From the IMG/VR virus record IMGVR_UViG_3300038428_000082: a stretch of DNA of 20,000 bases, one strand, 5' to 3'. The notes under the pieces were generated by a model that did not search any database, had not been told where the DNA came from, and saw only the letters and a list, made by a program, of their open reading frames with translations. Numbering within the stretch: the first letter of the stretch is position 1; every line of letters begins with the position of its first letter. This DNA comes from an uncultured virus (IMG/VR IMGVR_UViG_3300038428_000082) (Duplodnaviria; Heunggongvirae; Uroviricota; Caudoviricetes). This document shows positions 5,042 to 14,507 of the stretch, piece after piece. The position numbers were made by a program, and so were the translations under genes.

Positions 5042-5976
5042 AGCCACTTCCTCTCTTTCCAATGTTTCACGATGGCCCCGGCGACGAGCTTGCTGACCTT
5101 ATCCCGGTCACATTCCGGGGGAAGCGGGGTGTTCTTCTCTGCTTCGGGTACTTCATTCCGTAAAACCCCATATAGGTCTAATACTTCTTTTAGACCAAGT
5201 TTTCCGGTGCGAATGTTAAGCAGGAGGGTCTTCTCCGGTCGGGGGAAAGTCATCCTGCCGGTCCGCAAAAGCTCAAGACATTCTTGGATGCCTCGAATCA
5301 TGTGCATAGCCGCTTGGGGGTCGTAGCCGTACTCTTCCTTCTCGGCTTTCCGGGTCCCGTGCTTACCCGTGCCCTCCCCAAGCATCCGGTGGAACTGGTT
5401 ATCCGCCAACCCGATAAAGGCTTTCGCCGCCCGTGCGGACAGGAAGTCATTGGTGTTGGGCAGAATCATGGTGTCCCACACCGTGTTTGTATGCGCCTCC
5501 CGGTTACGCCTCACGCACGTGCTGTCCCGGTAGCCCTCATGGTCGCTTATGCAGCTTGGATACTCACACTGCTGCGCATCATAGGGGCAGGACCAGCGTG
5601 CCTTTGGCTCCAAGGATAGGTCCTTGATGCTGTCCGGGACAAACAGGAAGGAAAGCGCCGAAGGATTGCCCTTAAGCGCCAGACCCGCCCAACGGCGTAG
5701 GGAGTAAGCTTTGATGTCAACGTCCGCCTTGGTGTTCTTGCGCTTGTCTCCTGCCGTGCTAGCGCTCGCATGACCCATTTTACGAGGGTTCTCGTTGTCA
5801 AGTTGGAGTTCTTCTTCCGGGCGACCCACAAACACGCCGGACACATCAAGGTCGGCCTTGTCGTCCATCCGGGCACCATGCTGCCAACTCCCGGAGGCGA
5901 AGGCGAGAATCAGGCTATTGGGGGCAACCTCCCCAATCTCCACCAACGCTTGTTTGAGCTTTCCGTAGAATTCCAT
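5038..5976 (-). CDS. Pol-beta superfamily nucleotidyltransferase, RlaP/YcgL-like
   Basis: GSWQHG...DLD motif, D..YSL......LKGNP..L..LF and HMIR....LEL segments; start coupled by TAATG. Confidence 0.85.
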   Translation of the reverse strand: MEFYGKLKQALVEIGEVAPNSLILAFASGSWQHGARMDDKADLDVSGVFVGRPEEELQLDNENPRKMGHASASTAGDKRKNTKADVDIKAYSLRRWAGLALKGNPSALSFLFVPDSIKDLSLEPKARWSCPYDAQQCEYPSCISDHEGYRDSTCVRRNREAHTNTVWDTMILPNTNDFLSARAAKAFIGLADNQFHRMLGEGTGKHGTRKAEKEEYGYDPQAAMHMIRGIQECLELLRTGRMTFPRPEKTLLLNIRTGKLGLKEVLDLYGVLRNEVPEAEKNTPLPPECDRDKVSKLVAGAIVKHWKERKWL

Positions 5977-6287
5977 TAGAACACCGGTACCTTTGTGATA
6001 TTTTCCTTGGTTTGCTGCGTTGTCTCCACCACCCCGCACCGTCCACAAGTCCTTATCCAACGGGGAATTTCCTGCCGGGGCACATCCGTGGGAAGTTGCC
6101 GGTCAACCCCCATGGTGCCGGGCGGGTCGCCAGCGATATGGTACGCTTCGTGGATGATGGGGTCATACACCGGTTTACTCCACGCATGGCAGCACCGCAA
6201 CTCCGCCTCCGCCAGCCGTATCTTCGCTGATTGAAGTTCGTTCTCCAGCCGGACTACCTCTGCCCTGAACACTTGTACGGGTAGCAT
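5976..6287 (-). CDS. Hypothetical protein (CxH...CxxC)
   Basis: RBS GGGGGAG, coupled to both neighbours. Confidence 0.7.
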   Translation of the reverse strand: MLPVQVFRAEVVRLENELQSAKIRLAEAELRCCHAWSKPVYDPIIHEAYHIAGDPPGTMGVDRQLPTDVPRQEIPRWIRTCGRCGVVETTQQTKENITKVPVF

Positions 6288-6607
6288 CACTCCCCCCATT
6301 TCTTGGGAAACCACCGCATCGGCGAGGTCTCCGGTAACTCTTCTTCCAACATCCTTCGGCGTTCCGGTTTATCGAAGAACTTTACCAGCCTGCGCAGGAA
6401 GTCCTTGGATATCTCAATCTCCCCGTCTGCGTAAGCGAAGATGTGTTCGGACTTCACTGCCAAGACCTGCCGGTACTTGTCCTCATCCTTTATGCCGGGC
6501 TGGTCAATGTCGTTGGGATACTTGCGCTGGAGGTCACAGATGTTGAAGGACTCCCGGCGCTTCTCCAATCCGAGAATGGGGTCGTCGGTATCCAGAATCA
6601 ATCCCAT
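6287..6607 (-). CDS. Hypothetical protein
   Basis: GGAGG RBS before ATG 6607. Confidence 0.7.
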   Translation of the reverse strand: MGLILDTDDPILGLEKRRESFNICDLQRKYPNDIDQPGIKDEDKYRQVLAVKSEHIFAYADGEIEISKDFLRRLVKFFDKPERRRMLEEELPETSPMRWFPKKWGE

Positions 6608-6615
6608 GGTACCTC

Positions 6616-7143
6616 CTACAGTTTCCACCACTTCCCGTGACAGTCTTCCACTATCGTGGGGCAGGACGTAGGGAGTGGCTGGAAGTGTTGGTCAAGTTCC
6701 AGTCCGCAAACCTCACAAGGCACCTGTCCACTCGCCCGGTTGCATTCCTTGGCGGGCAAGTCTTGATTGGGTGCCAAGGTTCCGTGCCGCATCGCTTTGA
6801 TTATGCGCTCCAAGTACCGGCACCGCTTTACCAAGAGACTTGTGGGATGTTTGGAACACTCGGTGATATGCTTCTTGACCTTCTCCGCCATGGTCTCCGG
6901 GGTGTCTTTGTCTCCGGGTTCAAAGGTGGTCTGGCAATAGATACACCTGACGTACATGCCCGCCCGGACATCCGCCATGACTTCGCACATCCCGCCGTAC
7001 ATTTCCCGGAGGATGAAGTTCTCCTGCATTACGTGGGCCGGGTCGCAGTTGGCTTCCAAGTGGTGAATGAAATCTCGGAGGCGCTGCGGCAGGGCGTTGA
7101 TATCCTCGCTCGTACCTTTGAAGTCCGACAGGTCGGCTTTCAT
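6616..7143 (-). CDS. Hypothetical protein with Cys/His zinc-binding motifs
   Basis: GAGG RBS, CIYC...HITECSKHP, CEVC...H..C. Confidence 0.7.
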   Translation of the reverse strand: MKADLSDFKGTSEDINALPQRLRDFIHHLEANCDPAHVMQENFILREMYGGMCEVMADVRAGMYVRCIYCQTTFEPGDKDTPETMAEKVKKHITECSKHPTSLLVKRCRYLERIIKAMRHGTLAPNQDLPAKECNRASGQVPCEVCGLELDQHFQPLPTSCPTIVEDCHGKWWKL

Positions 7144-7144
7144 G

Positions 7145-7537
7145 TTACCTCTTTTTCTTGGTAGTTTTCTTGGCCTTCTTGACGGCTTTCTTGGCGGGCT
7201 TGGCCTCGGTCTTGGGTTCATCGTGAGGCAGCAAGCTCTTCCAGCCGTCCGAGGGCGGTTCATCCAAAGTTCCGTCCCGCCAGTCGATGGCTTCAAAGCC
7301 AACGCTGGACAGTTCGTACTTCTGGTCGTCAGTCAGGTCCAATTCCCCCTGCTGTTCGTCAACGTAATCGTTGAGTTCGTCCTCGCTCATATCCTCTTCG
7401 AGGACTTTAATCTGCACGTCGATTTTCGCCCAGTTGTCATCCCCGAAAAAGCTGTAACGGCGGATGCGGGGCTTCATCTCCGATAGCAGAGCGGCTTGAG
7501 CCTTAACCTGCTCTTCGGTCTTGGGTGTGATTGGCAT
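7145..7537 (-). CDS. Hypothetical acidic protein with a Lys/Ala-rich basic tail
   Basis: AAGGAG RBS; C-terminus KPAKKAVKKAKKTTKKKR. Confidence 0.75.
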   Translation of the reverse strand: MPITPKTEEQVKAQAALLSEMKPRIRRYSFFGDDNWAKIDVQIKVLEEDMSEDELNDYVDEQQGELDLTDDQKYELSSVGFEAIDWRDGTLDEPPSDGWKSLLPHDEPKTEAKPAKKAVKKAKKTTKKKR

Positions 7538-7538
7538 A

Positions 7539-7877
7539 CTACTCCTTGTCTAGCATGTAGACGGTGTCAGAAACCATGTAGTACAACACCGCCTTCTGGT
7601 CGTAATGCTCCATGGTCATGATAGCGACTTTGTCCATGGTAACCTTGTCGGTGAGAAGCCGGACGGGAATCATCGGTTCTCGGAGGATGGCGTTGCCCTC
7701 CTTGCCGTTACCCCATTCATCCTTCGCCGGGGCGGAGATAGTCATCCCGCCGCCCGTAAGCTCCCGGACTTTCTCGTCCCATATTCGGTGGTGGTTAAGC
7801 AAGAGCGGAATTCCCCTGCCGTCCGAGGCGGGCACCAAAACCTCCCATAGTTGTTTGCCGGTGATGAGGTTGCTCAT
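7539..7877 (-). CDS. Hypothetical phage protein
   Basis: ATGA coupling at 7874-7877; globular-looking sequence WEVLVP...HHRIWD...EPMIPVR...HYDQKAV. Confidence 0.7.
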   Translation of the reverse strand: MSNLITGKQLWEVLVPASDGRGIPLLLNHHRIWDEKVRELTGGGMTISAPAKDEWGNGKEGNAILREPMIPVRLLTDKVTMDKVAIMTMEHYDQKAVLYYMVSDTVYMLDKE

Positions 7878-8104
7878 TCTGCCTTCGCTTCCTCCAGCTT
7901 CCTGCGCTCTTCGGCGGCTTCTTTTTCTACTTGGACCAGAAAGCGCCGAAGCTGGTCGGTGGATATGGTGATGGTGTGGGCGGAAACAAGAGTACCATTT
8001 TCCCCCCACAACGTAACTTTAGTTTCGTCCCGAAAACAGGCCCGGTCGATAAATACTCGGTGACCGAAACCTTCAAAATTGTACGTCCCCTCACATGTGC
8101 CCAT
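7874..8104 (-). CDS. Hypothetical protein
   Basis: GAGG RBS, fills the operon gap. Confidence 0.65.
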   Translation of the reverse strand: MGTCEGTYNFEGFGHRVFIDRACFRDETKVTLWGENGTLVSAHTITISTDQLRRFLVQVEKEAAEERRKLEEAKAE

Positions 8105-8110
8105 ATGCCT

Positions 8111-8461
8111 CTATTCTCGGCGGTGGGCAATCAGTTCCAAGTAGCGGACCATCTCTTCCCCCCACCCCAGTTGTTCGGCGATACCCGCCATGCCCATTAT
8201 CGACCCCCGGTACCAGCAGCACCGAATGCAACGAATATCATCCAAAGCCGTGTATCGGCAGTCTGGACAGTCAATCATTCCCCACAATGCCGTCCGAATC
8301 TGCCGGTGAATGGTGCGATGGATGATGTCAACTGTAGCCGGTGGTCCGCCATGAAGGCCGCACGCCTGCCCCTTGGTTTCAACCTCGTGTGGGCAATCGT
8401 GCTGTGTGCAGAGCGGAAAACCGTGTACCTTTATCGGTGCGTCGGGGATAGTGACGTTCAT
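8111..8461 (-). CDS. Cys-rich hypothetical protein
   Basis: AAGGAG RBS; several CxxC pairs. Confidence 0.65.
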   Translation of the reverse strand: MNVTIPDAPIKVHGFPLCTQHDCPHEVETKGQACGLHGGPPATVDIIHRTIHRQIRTALWGMIDCPDCRYTALDDIRCIRCCWYRGSIMGMAGIAEQLGWGEEMVRYLELIAHRRE

Positions 8462-8483
8462 CGGGTCACTCCTTCAACTAATA

Positions 8484-9014
8484 CTACTCTTTCGGTCGGG
8501 GTTTGTAGATGGAATTCAGAAATTTAACGAAAGCGGCCATTCCTTCCGGCGTGTCGATGTGGTAGAAATCAATGGCGAAGCCTTCGTTCTGTTCCAGTGG
8601 AGAGGGGCAGCCGCAGTGTCCATTCACCCGGACCTGCCGACCCCAAGTCTTGTGGAACTCTTCGGCGATGTCCGAGGGGATTCCCCTTCCGCTCGCCCGG
8701 TAGTAGTACCACGCTCGCTCGAACTTCCAGTGATGCCAGAAACCGTAGATGTTGGTCGGGGCCTCCTTGTAATAGCCATTGCCGCATCCTCGGAAGCTCT
8801 CAGGCATGGCGACTATTCCTTCACCCCTATCCAAGGTTCCCATGGGCAATCCCGCCGCCGTCAATTCCGCCGTGATAGCGTCGTCAACCTCTTTGAAAAT
8901 GGCGCTCTCCTCGCCGCTGCCAACCTCTTCACTACTTAACCGGGCAAGATTGGGGAACACTCCGGGTTCGGAGTTGCTCGGGCACACCCCGGTGCTTGAT
9001 ATGACAAGACTCAT
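8484..9014 (-). CDS. Hypothetical phage protein
   Basis: GGAGGA RBS before ATG 9014; aromatic-rich core WKFERAWYYY. Confidence 0.75.
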   Translation of the reverse strand: MSLVISSTGVCPSNSEPGVFPNLARLSSEEVGSGEESAIFKEVDDAITAELTAAGLPMGTLDRGEGIVAMPESFRGCGNGYYKEAPTNIYGFWHHWKFERAWYYYRASGRGIPSDIAEEFHKTWGRQVRVNGHCGCPSPLEQNEGFAIDFYHIDTPEGMAAFVKFLNSIYKPRPKE

Positions 9015-9022
9015 GGTTCCTC

Positions 9023-9163
9023 CTACCAGAATTTTTTGATGAAGTGAATTGCTACATACAGCAAGCCGCCGCCCACGGCGATGCTCGCTAGCACGCCAAA
9101 AATCCAAACAATAAAGGCGACTTTGAATGTCGTACTCGGTTTGATTGTAGGAAACTGGTTCAT
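9023..9163 (-). CDS. Small membrane protein (46 aa)
   Basis: GAGGA RBS, long hydrophobic segment, ATGA coupling. Confidence 0.7.
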   Translation of the reverse strand: MNQFPTIKPSTTFKVAFIVWIFGVLASIAVGGGLLYVAIHFIKKFW

Positions 9164-9759
9164 GGGTTCCTCCCCGCTTTTTGTTTTATCCACTCTTTTG
9201 CGGCTTGTTCGGCGGAAAACTTTGATAGCCACTTGTTCTCACCCCGGACGTTCACTTCTACACCATCCACCTTGGCATAGTAGTGAATACCTCTCGGCCA
9301 CTGTGTGACTTCAATCTTATTGCACTCAGGAAGCTCAAATCCTTTAACCATGTGGGTTTCTAAAAGTTCCAACCCCTGCATGTGAGCGAAGTAAGAGCCA
9401 TTGTGATGGATGTAGACATGTCCATGTTTCTGAATGCAATCAAGCATGGATTTGATGATGCCATCGTCTACCCGGCAGGCGGACTCGAACAATGATTGCT
9501 CGTGTGCCATCCCATGGTAACAATAGACCGCCGCCAGCCCATTAACGAAGTGAGAGGGGCCGTCCGTGGACATTTCGCTCGGACCAACCTTGTTGGCGTC
9601 CTGATAGCGTTTTACTTCCGCAAAGGCCGCTCGGACCTGTTTGGGACGGCGAGCCTTCCAATAGGCGTTGAGTTCATCCTCCGACCGGATATCGAACCTC
9701 CAGCCGTAGTCCAACCCCATGGCAGGCCACGTTACGTGAGATACTCTCACTTCGCTCAT
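9160..9759 (-). CDS. Hypothetical protein
   Basis: AAGGA RBS, 199-aa ORF in the operon. Confidence 0.75.
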   Translation of the reverse strand: MSEVRVSHVTWPAMGLDYGWRFDIRSEDELNAYWKARRPKQVRAAFAEVKRYQDANKVGPSEMSTDGPSHFVNGLAAVYCYHGMAHEQSLFESACRVDDGIIKSMLDCIQKHGHVYIHHNGSYFAHMQGLELLETHMVKGFELPECNKIEVTQWPRGIHYYAKVDGVEVNVRGENKWLSKFSAEQAAKEWIKQKAGRNP

Positions 9760-9769
9760 GTTCCTTTCT

Positions 9770-10399
9770 TTATTTGACCCAAATCATGTCCGAAGTTACT
9801 TCCACCTGGCTTACGTCGTCGTCCACTGTTCCGTACTCCACGGTGTAGACGAGATTCCCATCTTCAACCTTTGCTTTGAAGGTCACACCGTTGTTGTATG
9901 TCATGCAATCTTTGGAGTTGTAAAAACGCACGGCGGTTCCCTCGGGAATCAGCTTTTCTACTTTAGCTAATTGGGACCTTAGAACTGGTTGGAGGGCGGG
10001 AGCAAAAGCAGGACCGGGCATACACTCGGTGCGAGCAAAATCATAAACTTCTCCGTCTGCCATTACGCCCGTTATTACACCAGCGCTGATGCCGTAGCTT
10101 TGCCGGTCATCGTTCATAACCACTTGGTCACCGTCATCAAGGACTTGACAAGCCTCTTCCCGTTCTTTCTTGCAGACCGGGCATTGACAAAGCCCATCCT
10201 CTGTGGCTTCGTCATCTACAGAACCGGTGTCACAGGAAAAGTCAGGGGTGGGTTTTCTGAACCAACCGATGAGGGCATCTCCAACGCTTTGGAAATAATG
10301 GAGTTTGCCGGGAAACCAGCGGACAACGGATGCCGCCACGGTGAGTTCCAATAAGGCATAAGACAGACCACCAAGCAGAAAGACAAGAACGGTGCGCAT
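9770..10399 (-). CDS. Hypothetical protein with an N-terminal membrane anchor
   Basis: GGAGG RBS and TGTGGTATACT promoter box; hydrophobic N-terminus. Confidence 0.75.
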   Translation of the reverse strand: MRTVLVFLLGGLSYALLELTVAASVVRWFPGKLHYFQSVGDALIGWFRKPTPDFSCDTGSVDDEATEDGLCQCPVCKKEREEACQVLDDGDQVVMNDDRQSYGISAGVITGVMADGEVYDFARTECMPGPAFAPALQPVLRSQLAKVEKLIPEGTAVRFYNSKDCMTYNNGVTFKAKVEDGNLVYTVEYGTVDDDVSQVEVTSDMIWVK

Positions 10400-10446
10400 A
10401 ATATCCTCCACTCTCAGTATACCACAGTGAGAGGGATTTTTGAGGA

Positions 10447-10837
10447 TTATTCTTCGAGCGGCGGGTCCCACCCGTCGTGCGCCATGGGGAACTCGAACAC
10501 CGGGTTCTCCGTCTTGCAGTAGGGTACAAACCCCCCAGTCATCGGCCTAATGGCGTAATACACGTTCTCCGTGTAGGTGTAGCGGAACTTTGCCCGTACG
10601 GACCAGAAAACCTTCCTTGTTGGCGTCCCACCGGGCTAGTTTGCCGTTTCTTCCCCACCCATAGTAGTAAGCGCCATGCTCAAGCTTCTCCAGAGGTATT
10701 GGCTCCGTGGCATCCTTGGTGGGGTCGGGGCAGTGGTCATCCCACCAGCCCCTTCCCTCCGAGACTACCTTAATTTTCCCGCATCGGATACATACCTGGT
10801 CTTGTTTTCTCTCTTCTTCATCCGTTGGGAATGCCAT
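10447..10837 (-). pseudogene. Frameshifted paralogue of the adjacent gene 10818-11105
   Basis: LEHGAYYYGWGRNGKLARWD in one frame; similarity continues in the +1 frame (VFWSVRAKFRYTYTE...FVPYCKTENPVFEFP) after about 10605-10620. Confidence 0.7.
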
Positions 10838-11105
10838 ACACAAATCCTCCACTGGCGTTAAATTCTTCCTCCGTCAAGGGAATGGTGAATCGAGGGTTAT
10901 CCAACTTGGCAAAAGGTTGAAACTCATCAAATCGAATCTCACCCGGCTTCGCATCTACCCAGTAACCGATGCACTCCGGGTAAGTGTCGTAAAACTTGGT
11001 GCGCCAATGGATGAAGAATCCTTTCTCATTCCACCGGGCAATGCTGGCGTTGCGGCAAGTGCCAGTGTAATAGGCACCGTGTTCGAGTTGGTCTTTAGGC
11101 AGCAA
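10818..11105 (-). CDS. Hypothetical phage protein (LEHGAYYxGxCRNA family), TTG start
   Basis: GGAG RBS plus own promoter box; paralogous to the downstream gene. Confidence 0.75.
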   Translation of the reverse strand: MLPKDQLEHGAYYTGTCRNASIARWNEKGFFIHWRTKFYDTYPECIGYWVDAKPGEIRFDEFQPFAKLDNPRFTIPLTEEEFNASGGFVYGIPNG

Positions 11106-11137
11106 TGATTCTCCACCTAATAATACTAGATTTTCCG

Positions 11138-11497
11138 CTATTTCCGCAGAGCTTCCAAATACCAATGGGGAGGCCACTCAAGTTCAGGGTCTAGGTAACC
11201 GGGGCGCATCTCGAAGCGGTATTGGTAGAGCTTGTTGACCGCTTTCATGTGACGGTCCCATGCACGGGCATCGGGATAGCACCAGTGTTGCTTGCCATCA
11301 CGCTTCCAGTTGTAGACATCGTTCCAGTGGCATTCACGGAAGTGGGGGAATATAATATCGGTTTCGGGGTCTTTGAGAGCTTGGTGGACCCAAGCATTTT
11401 GAGAACGACGGACACCTCGGTGAGCTATCCGTTTGTCGTCCTTGCAGGAGCCGACACCACAGACAGCCACGTAGGGTTTGCGGTAAGAGCGGGACAT
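11138..11497 (-). CDS. Small basic hypothetical protein (MSRSYRK...)
   Basis: AAGGAGGT RBS. Confidence 0.75.
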   Translation of the reverse strand: MSRSYRKPYVAVCGVGSCKDDKRIAHRGVRRSQNAWVHQALKDPETDIIFPHFRECHWNDVYNWKRDGKQHWCYPDARAWDRHMKAVNKLYQYRFEMRPGYLDPELEWPPHWYLEALRK

Positions 11498-11582
11498 TAA
11501 GCACCTCCTTTAGGTAGCCTAATGCACAGCCCCTCGTTCATCTTTAAAAGTAACATCCATACTAAGGACTCCGGTAGGTGGT

Positions 11583-12503
11583 TTACTTGGGTCCTTTTTC
11601 GTTCATACGATTTATCTCCTCCTTCATAAACCGCAGTTGTTGCAGAGTTTTTTCTGGTATTCCTTTGCATCCAGGATTGATGTTTTTTACCAAAGTTTGA
11701 AAAGCCACTGCCAAGTTTGCTTGGGCGGTCTTGATGATTAAGTACGGCCATATCCTACGAAGAATATCTTCAGCTTTTGAACTCGTCCATATCATCGTAT
11801 AGCAGTCCTTGTGGATTTTCCTTCGCCCTTTTCTTCTAACCGTAGTCGCTCCCCATCTTTTCTCAAGGTAATTTTTGAGGGTTTCTGAAGTATTATAGAC
11901 CCTTATGGATAGACGGTAAGCCTCCCGGCGCTTTGTTTCCCTTTTTACGATTGAAATGGTCCCTTCTCCATCTACGAGGGCAGCGAGATGAGAAGCACTT
12001 TGTACGGGGTCATTAAGGTCTGGAAACTCGTTCCTTTGTATTCCCCAGGTTTCTAGCCACTCTATCTCTTGAGAACTAAGCGGACATGGAGACGGATTTC
12101 CCGGCTTCCAAGGGTGGATATGGTCGGGGAGATTATTAAGTTCTGGGGGCCTCTGTCCGGTGTATACCCATATAGATGTTTGTAGGGCGTTAAGCAGGTT
12201 CCACATAGCTTGTGAAAGATGGGGTTCACTTCTGTCACCCTCTAAATGAGCGGTTATATGCCTTATAGCGCTATCAAGCAAATCCGCAATCTTCATCCCG
12301 TTCTCCCAATTACGGGTGTCTCCATTACCTGTTCCACCTGAGAGAAGGTCTCGTTGTTTGTTACCTATTTCATAGATGCGAGAAACCATCTTAACGGCTG
12401 TCCAGGGCATCCAGTGAAATGCTCCCTTGCCTATACGACTGTCTCGTTGTGCTCCAGTGGAATATATAGTCTCTGCTGTGGCACTTTTTTTGAATTGTTC
12501 CAT
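11583..12503 (-). CDS. dATP/dGTP diphosphohydrolase-like (DUF5664) domain fused to a LAGLIDADG endonuclease domain
   Basis: TGAQRD..GKG.F...P / RNWENG / DSAIRHI..HLEGD..EPHL..A.WN, then HLAALVDGEGTISI...PYLIIK..QA. Confidence 0.82.
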   Translation of the reverse strand: MEQFKKSATAETIYSTGAQRDSRIGKGAFHWMPWTAVKMVSRIYEIGNKQRDLLSGGTGNGDTRNWENGMKIADLLDSAIRHITAHLEGDRSEPHLSQAMWNLLNALQTSIWVYTGQRPPELNNLPDHIHPWKPGNPSPCPLSSQEIEWLETWGIQRNEFPDLNDPVQSASHLAALVDGEGTISIVKRETKRREAYRLSIRVYNTSETLKNYLEKRWGATTVRRKGRRKIHKDCYTMIWTSSKAEDILRRIWPYLIIKTAQANLAVAFQTLVKNINPGCKGIPEKTLQQLRFMKEEINRMNEKGPK

Positions 12504-12519
12504 GTTTATAGATACTGCT

Positions 12520-12732
12520 TTATTCTGATTTCTTCTCAGCTTTCCCTATGGCTTCTTTCACCTGTGGGAGGTCTTTTACCCACATGAGCCGGGGGTCATC
12601 CAGCATTTCCTTGGTGATGACGATGGGAGCCGGGGGCTGCATTGCTGAAAGCTGGATGATGGACTTAACCTGTTCCCGATGCATCAGGCACAGGTACAGA
12701 GCCAGCGCTCGAAGCATTTTGGAACTCTCCAC
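12520..12732 (-). CDS. Hypothetical protein
   Basis: 70-aa ORF filling the operon gap. Confidence 0.55.
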   Translation of the reverse strand: MESSKMLRALALYLCLMHREQVKSIIQLSAMQPPAPIVITKEMLDDPRLMWVKDLPQVKEAIGKAEKKSE

Positions 12733-12767
12733 TCACGAAGATGATACAGATTACAACCAAGGCAGTT

Positions 12768-13040
12768 TCACTTAGCATTTCTCTTCCCCCTTGCTTTGAA
12801 TTCTTGAATCTGACCCACCATCTTCATGTGGTTCCAGAGAGACACCTGTAATGCCTCTATCAGATGGTAAGTCTGTAAAGACTCCCACTGCATCCCGCCA
12901 AGCTCCCATGGCTTGGCTTCCACCCCCTTGGGGTTGGCGACGGAGACGCTTTGCACACAGAATTTCTTCCAGTTTGCTAAGACTTTGGCGAAGTCAATCA
13001 ACGTCTCCATGTTTAAGGCGTCATGTTTGCGGGTTGCCAT
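12768..13040 (-). CDS. Hypothetical protein
   Basis: AAGGAG RBS, TAATG coupling. Confidence 0.7.
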   Translation of the reverse strand: MATRKHDALNMETLIDFAKVLANWKKFCVQSVSVANPKGVEAKPWELGGMQWESLQTYHLIEALQVSLWNHMKMVGQIQEFKARGKRNAK

Positions 13041-13243
13041 TAACTCTCCTTGGGTACCGGAACTAGCCCCGACCCGTTACAGGTCGGACAAACTTTGTGC
13101 TTGGTCGGTTCGGGAGCCAATAGTCGGGGGTCATAGCTGCCGCATCCGGCGCAAACGTAGCACCCGCATTCCGGGCAAGTAATATGCCGGTATCCATCAC
13201 AGCTACCGGCTGGCGCACAATGCTTACATGCAGGCTTGTCCAT
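13040..13243 (-). CDS. Small Cys-rich zinc-finger protein
   Basis: GGAGGT RBS; four CxxC pairs including CPTCNGSG. Confidence 0.7.
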   Translation of the reverse strand: MDKPACKHCAPAGSCDGYRHITCPECGCYVCAGCGSYDPRLLAPEPTKHKVCPTCNGSGLVPVPKES

Positions 13244-13286
13244 AGGACCTCCCATATAAAATACTCAGTTTTATGGGAAAATTAAA

Positions 13287-14135
13287 TCATATTTGACAAT
13301 GTTGGCATCTTAAAACTGAAATTCCTCGATTTATATGCCAACGTTGATGGTTTCCTAAGTTACTTTTACCTAGGTTCTTTGAAGCTTCCAAATGTTTAGG
13401 AGTTAAAAGGTATGGTCTTTTTATCCTTTTTGGCATTAATATACGGATGGGCATCACAGGTTTAATGCCTTGTTCTTTCTCTCTTTTGCGTCTAAGGAGT
13501 TGTGCATTTGACCTATTAGTATAACATTGTGGGGATTGAATAGCTCTACGAAGACTTTTTAACCTTTTTATTTCACTTTCTTCGTTTTTTGGTTGTTTAG
13601 AATAACACAAATGTGAACAGTATATTTTTTCTTTCCTTCCAAATGAAACAGAAAATGATTTACCACACACCGGACAGACCTTGTTTATCTTTGGTCTACT
13701 ATTTAATTTCTTGGTTTCACTAATTTTTATATTAGAAAGTCTTTTAGTTTCAGAATTTCTAGGGTCTCTGTGCCAAGCCATTTTCATTTTGCTTTGATTT
13801 TGCTTCCATTCCTCAGAATGCGGCCCTGTAAATCCCTCTCCTCCCCGGCATATGTTGTACCCACACTCAGGGTCCTGCGACCGCAGGAACTTAATAAAGT
13901 CTCTTTCGGTCTGGTCAAGCTCTGTTTTATTCTGGATATCGGAACGTAGGGCGTAAATAGACCAGAGAGAAGACTGTGGATATTTTCTCATTGCATTGAA
14001 AAGGTGAGAACTTCCATTGTGCTGATGCCGAGCAGCGGATAACTTGGTTTGAAGATACTTTCTAAGATTGTTTCCCTTATGCTGACCGACATAATATTTG
14101 CCGGTCTTATGATTAACGATAAGATAAATGAACAT
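13287..14135 (-). CDS. GIY-YIG homing endonuclease
   Basis: FIYLIVN..TGKYYVGQ...E..FI......GYNI..GGEG; AT-rich; basic C-terminal DNA-binding region. Confidence 0.9.
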   Translation of the reverse strand: MFIYLIVNHKTGKYYVGQHKGNNLRKYLQTKLSAARHQHNGSSHLFNAMRKYPQSSLWSIYALRSDIQNKTELDQTERDFIKFLRSQDPECGYNICRGGEGFTGPHSEEWKQNQSKMKMAWHRDPRNSETKRLSNIKISETKKLNSRPKINKVCPVCGKSFSVSFGRKEKIYCSHLCYSKQPKNEESEIKRLKSLRRAIQSPQCYTNRSNAQLLRRKREKEQGIKPVMPIRILMPKRIKRPYLLTPKHLEASKNLGKSNLGNHQRWHINRGISVLRCQHCQI

Positions 14136-14180
14136 TTTGAACTCTACTCCTATAAATACTTTGGAAAGTTCATTTTTCCA

Positions 14181-14507
14181 TTATCTTAAAATATAGGCGA
14201 GAGTTAATTCATCATGGTCAAGGATGCGGTAGCTTTGCAGTTCGGCATCCTCGGGGACCACTCCCTCTTGCTTGAGGGTCTCGAAGGGGGGTAAAAAGCA
14301 CTCTATCACGGGAAACACCCTCATGTGGGGCATGAGAATGCACACCTCTTCCATGTAGGGTGCCCCAATGCCGGTGTATCCTGATAAGAGAAAGCTTCTC
14401 AAGTGCTTGGCTTCCTTGGTCAAATAGCGAAGCTGCACTTTGACGTGATTGGGCATCACGGAAGCGATGCCAATTTTAGTATCCGGGATTTCAGCGGCGG
14501 CGGTCAA
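14181..14507 (-). CDS. Hypothetical protein (probable TTG start)
   Basis: GGAG 7 nt before the TTG; overlaps the upstream gene end. Confidence 0.6.
   Translation of the reverse strand: MTAAAEIPDTKIGIASVMPNHVKVQLRYLTKEAKHLRSFLLSGYTGIGAPYMEEVCILMPHMRVFPVIECFLPPFETLKQEGVVPEDAELQSYRILDHDELTLAYILR

Noticed and set aside
11518..11580. 13-codon ORF after a partial match to the endonuclease promoter motif
   Set aside because: Only the TCCTTAGT-ATG half matches, and the ORF is too short to support.
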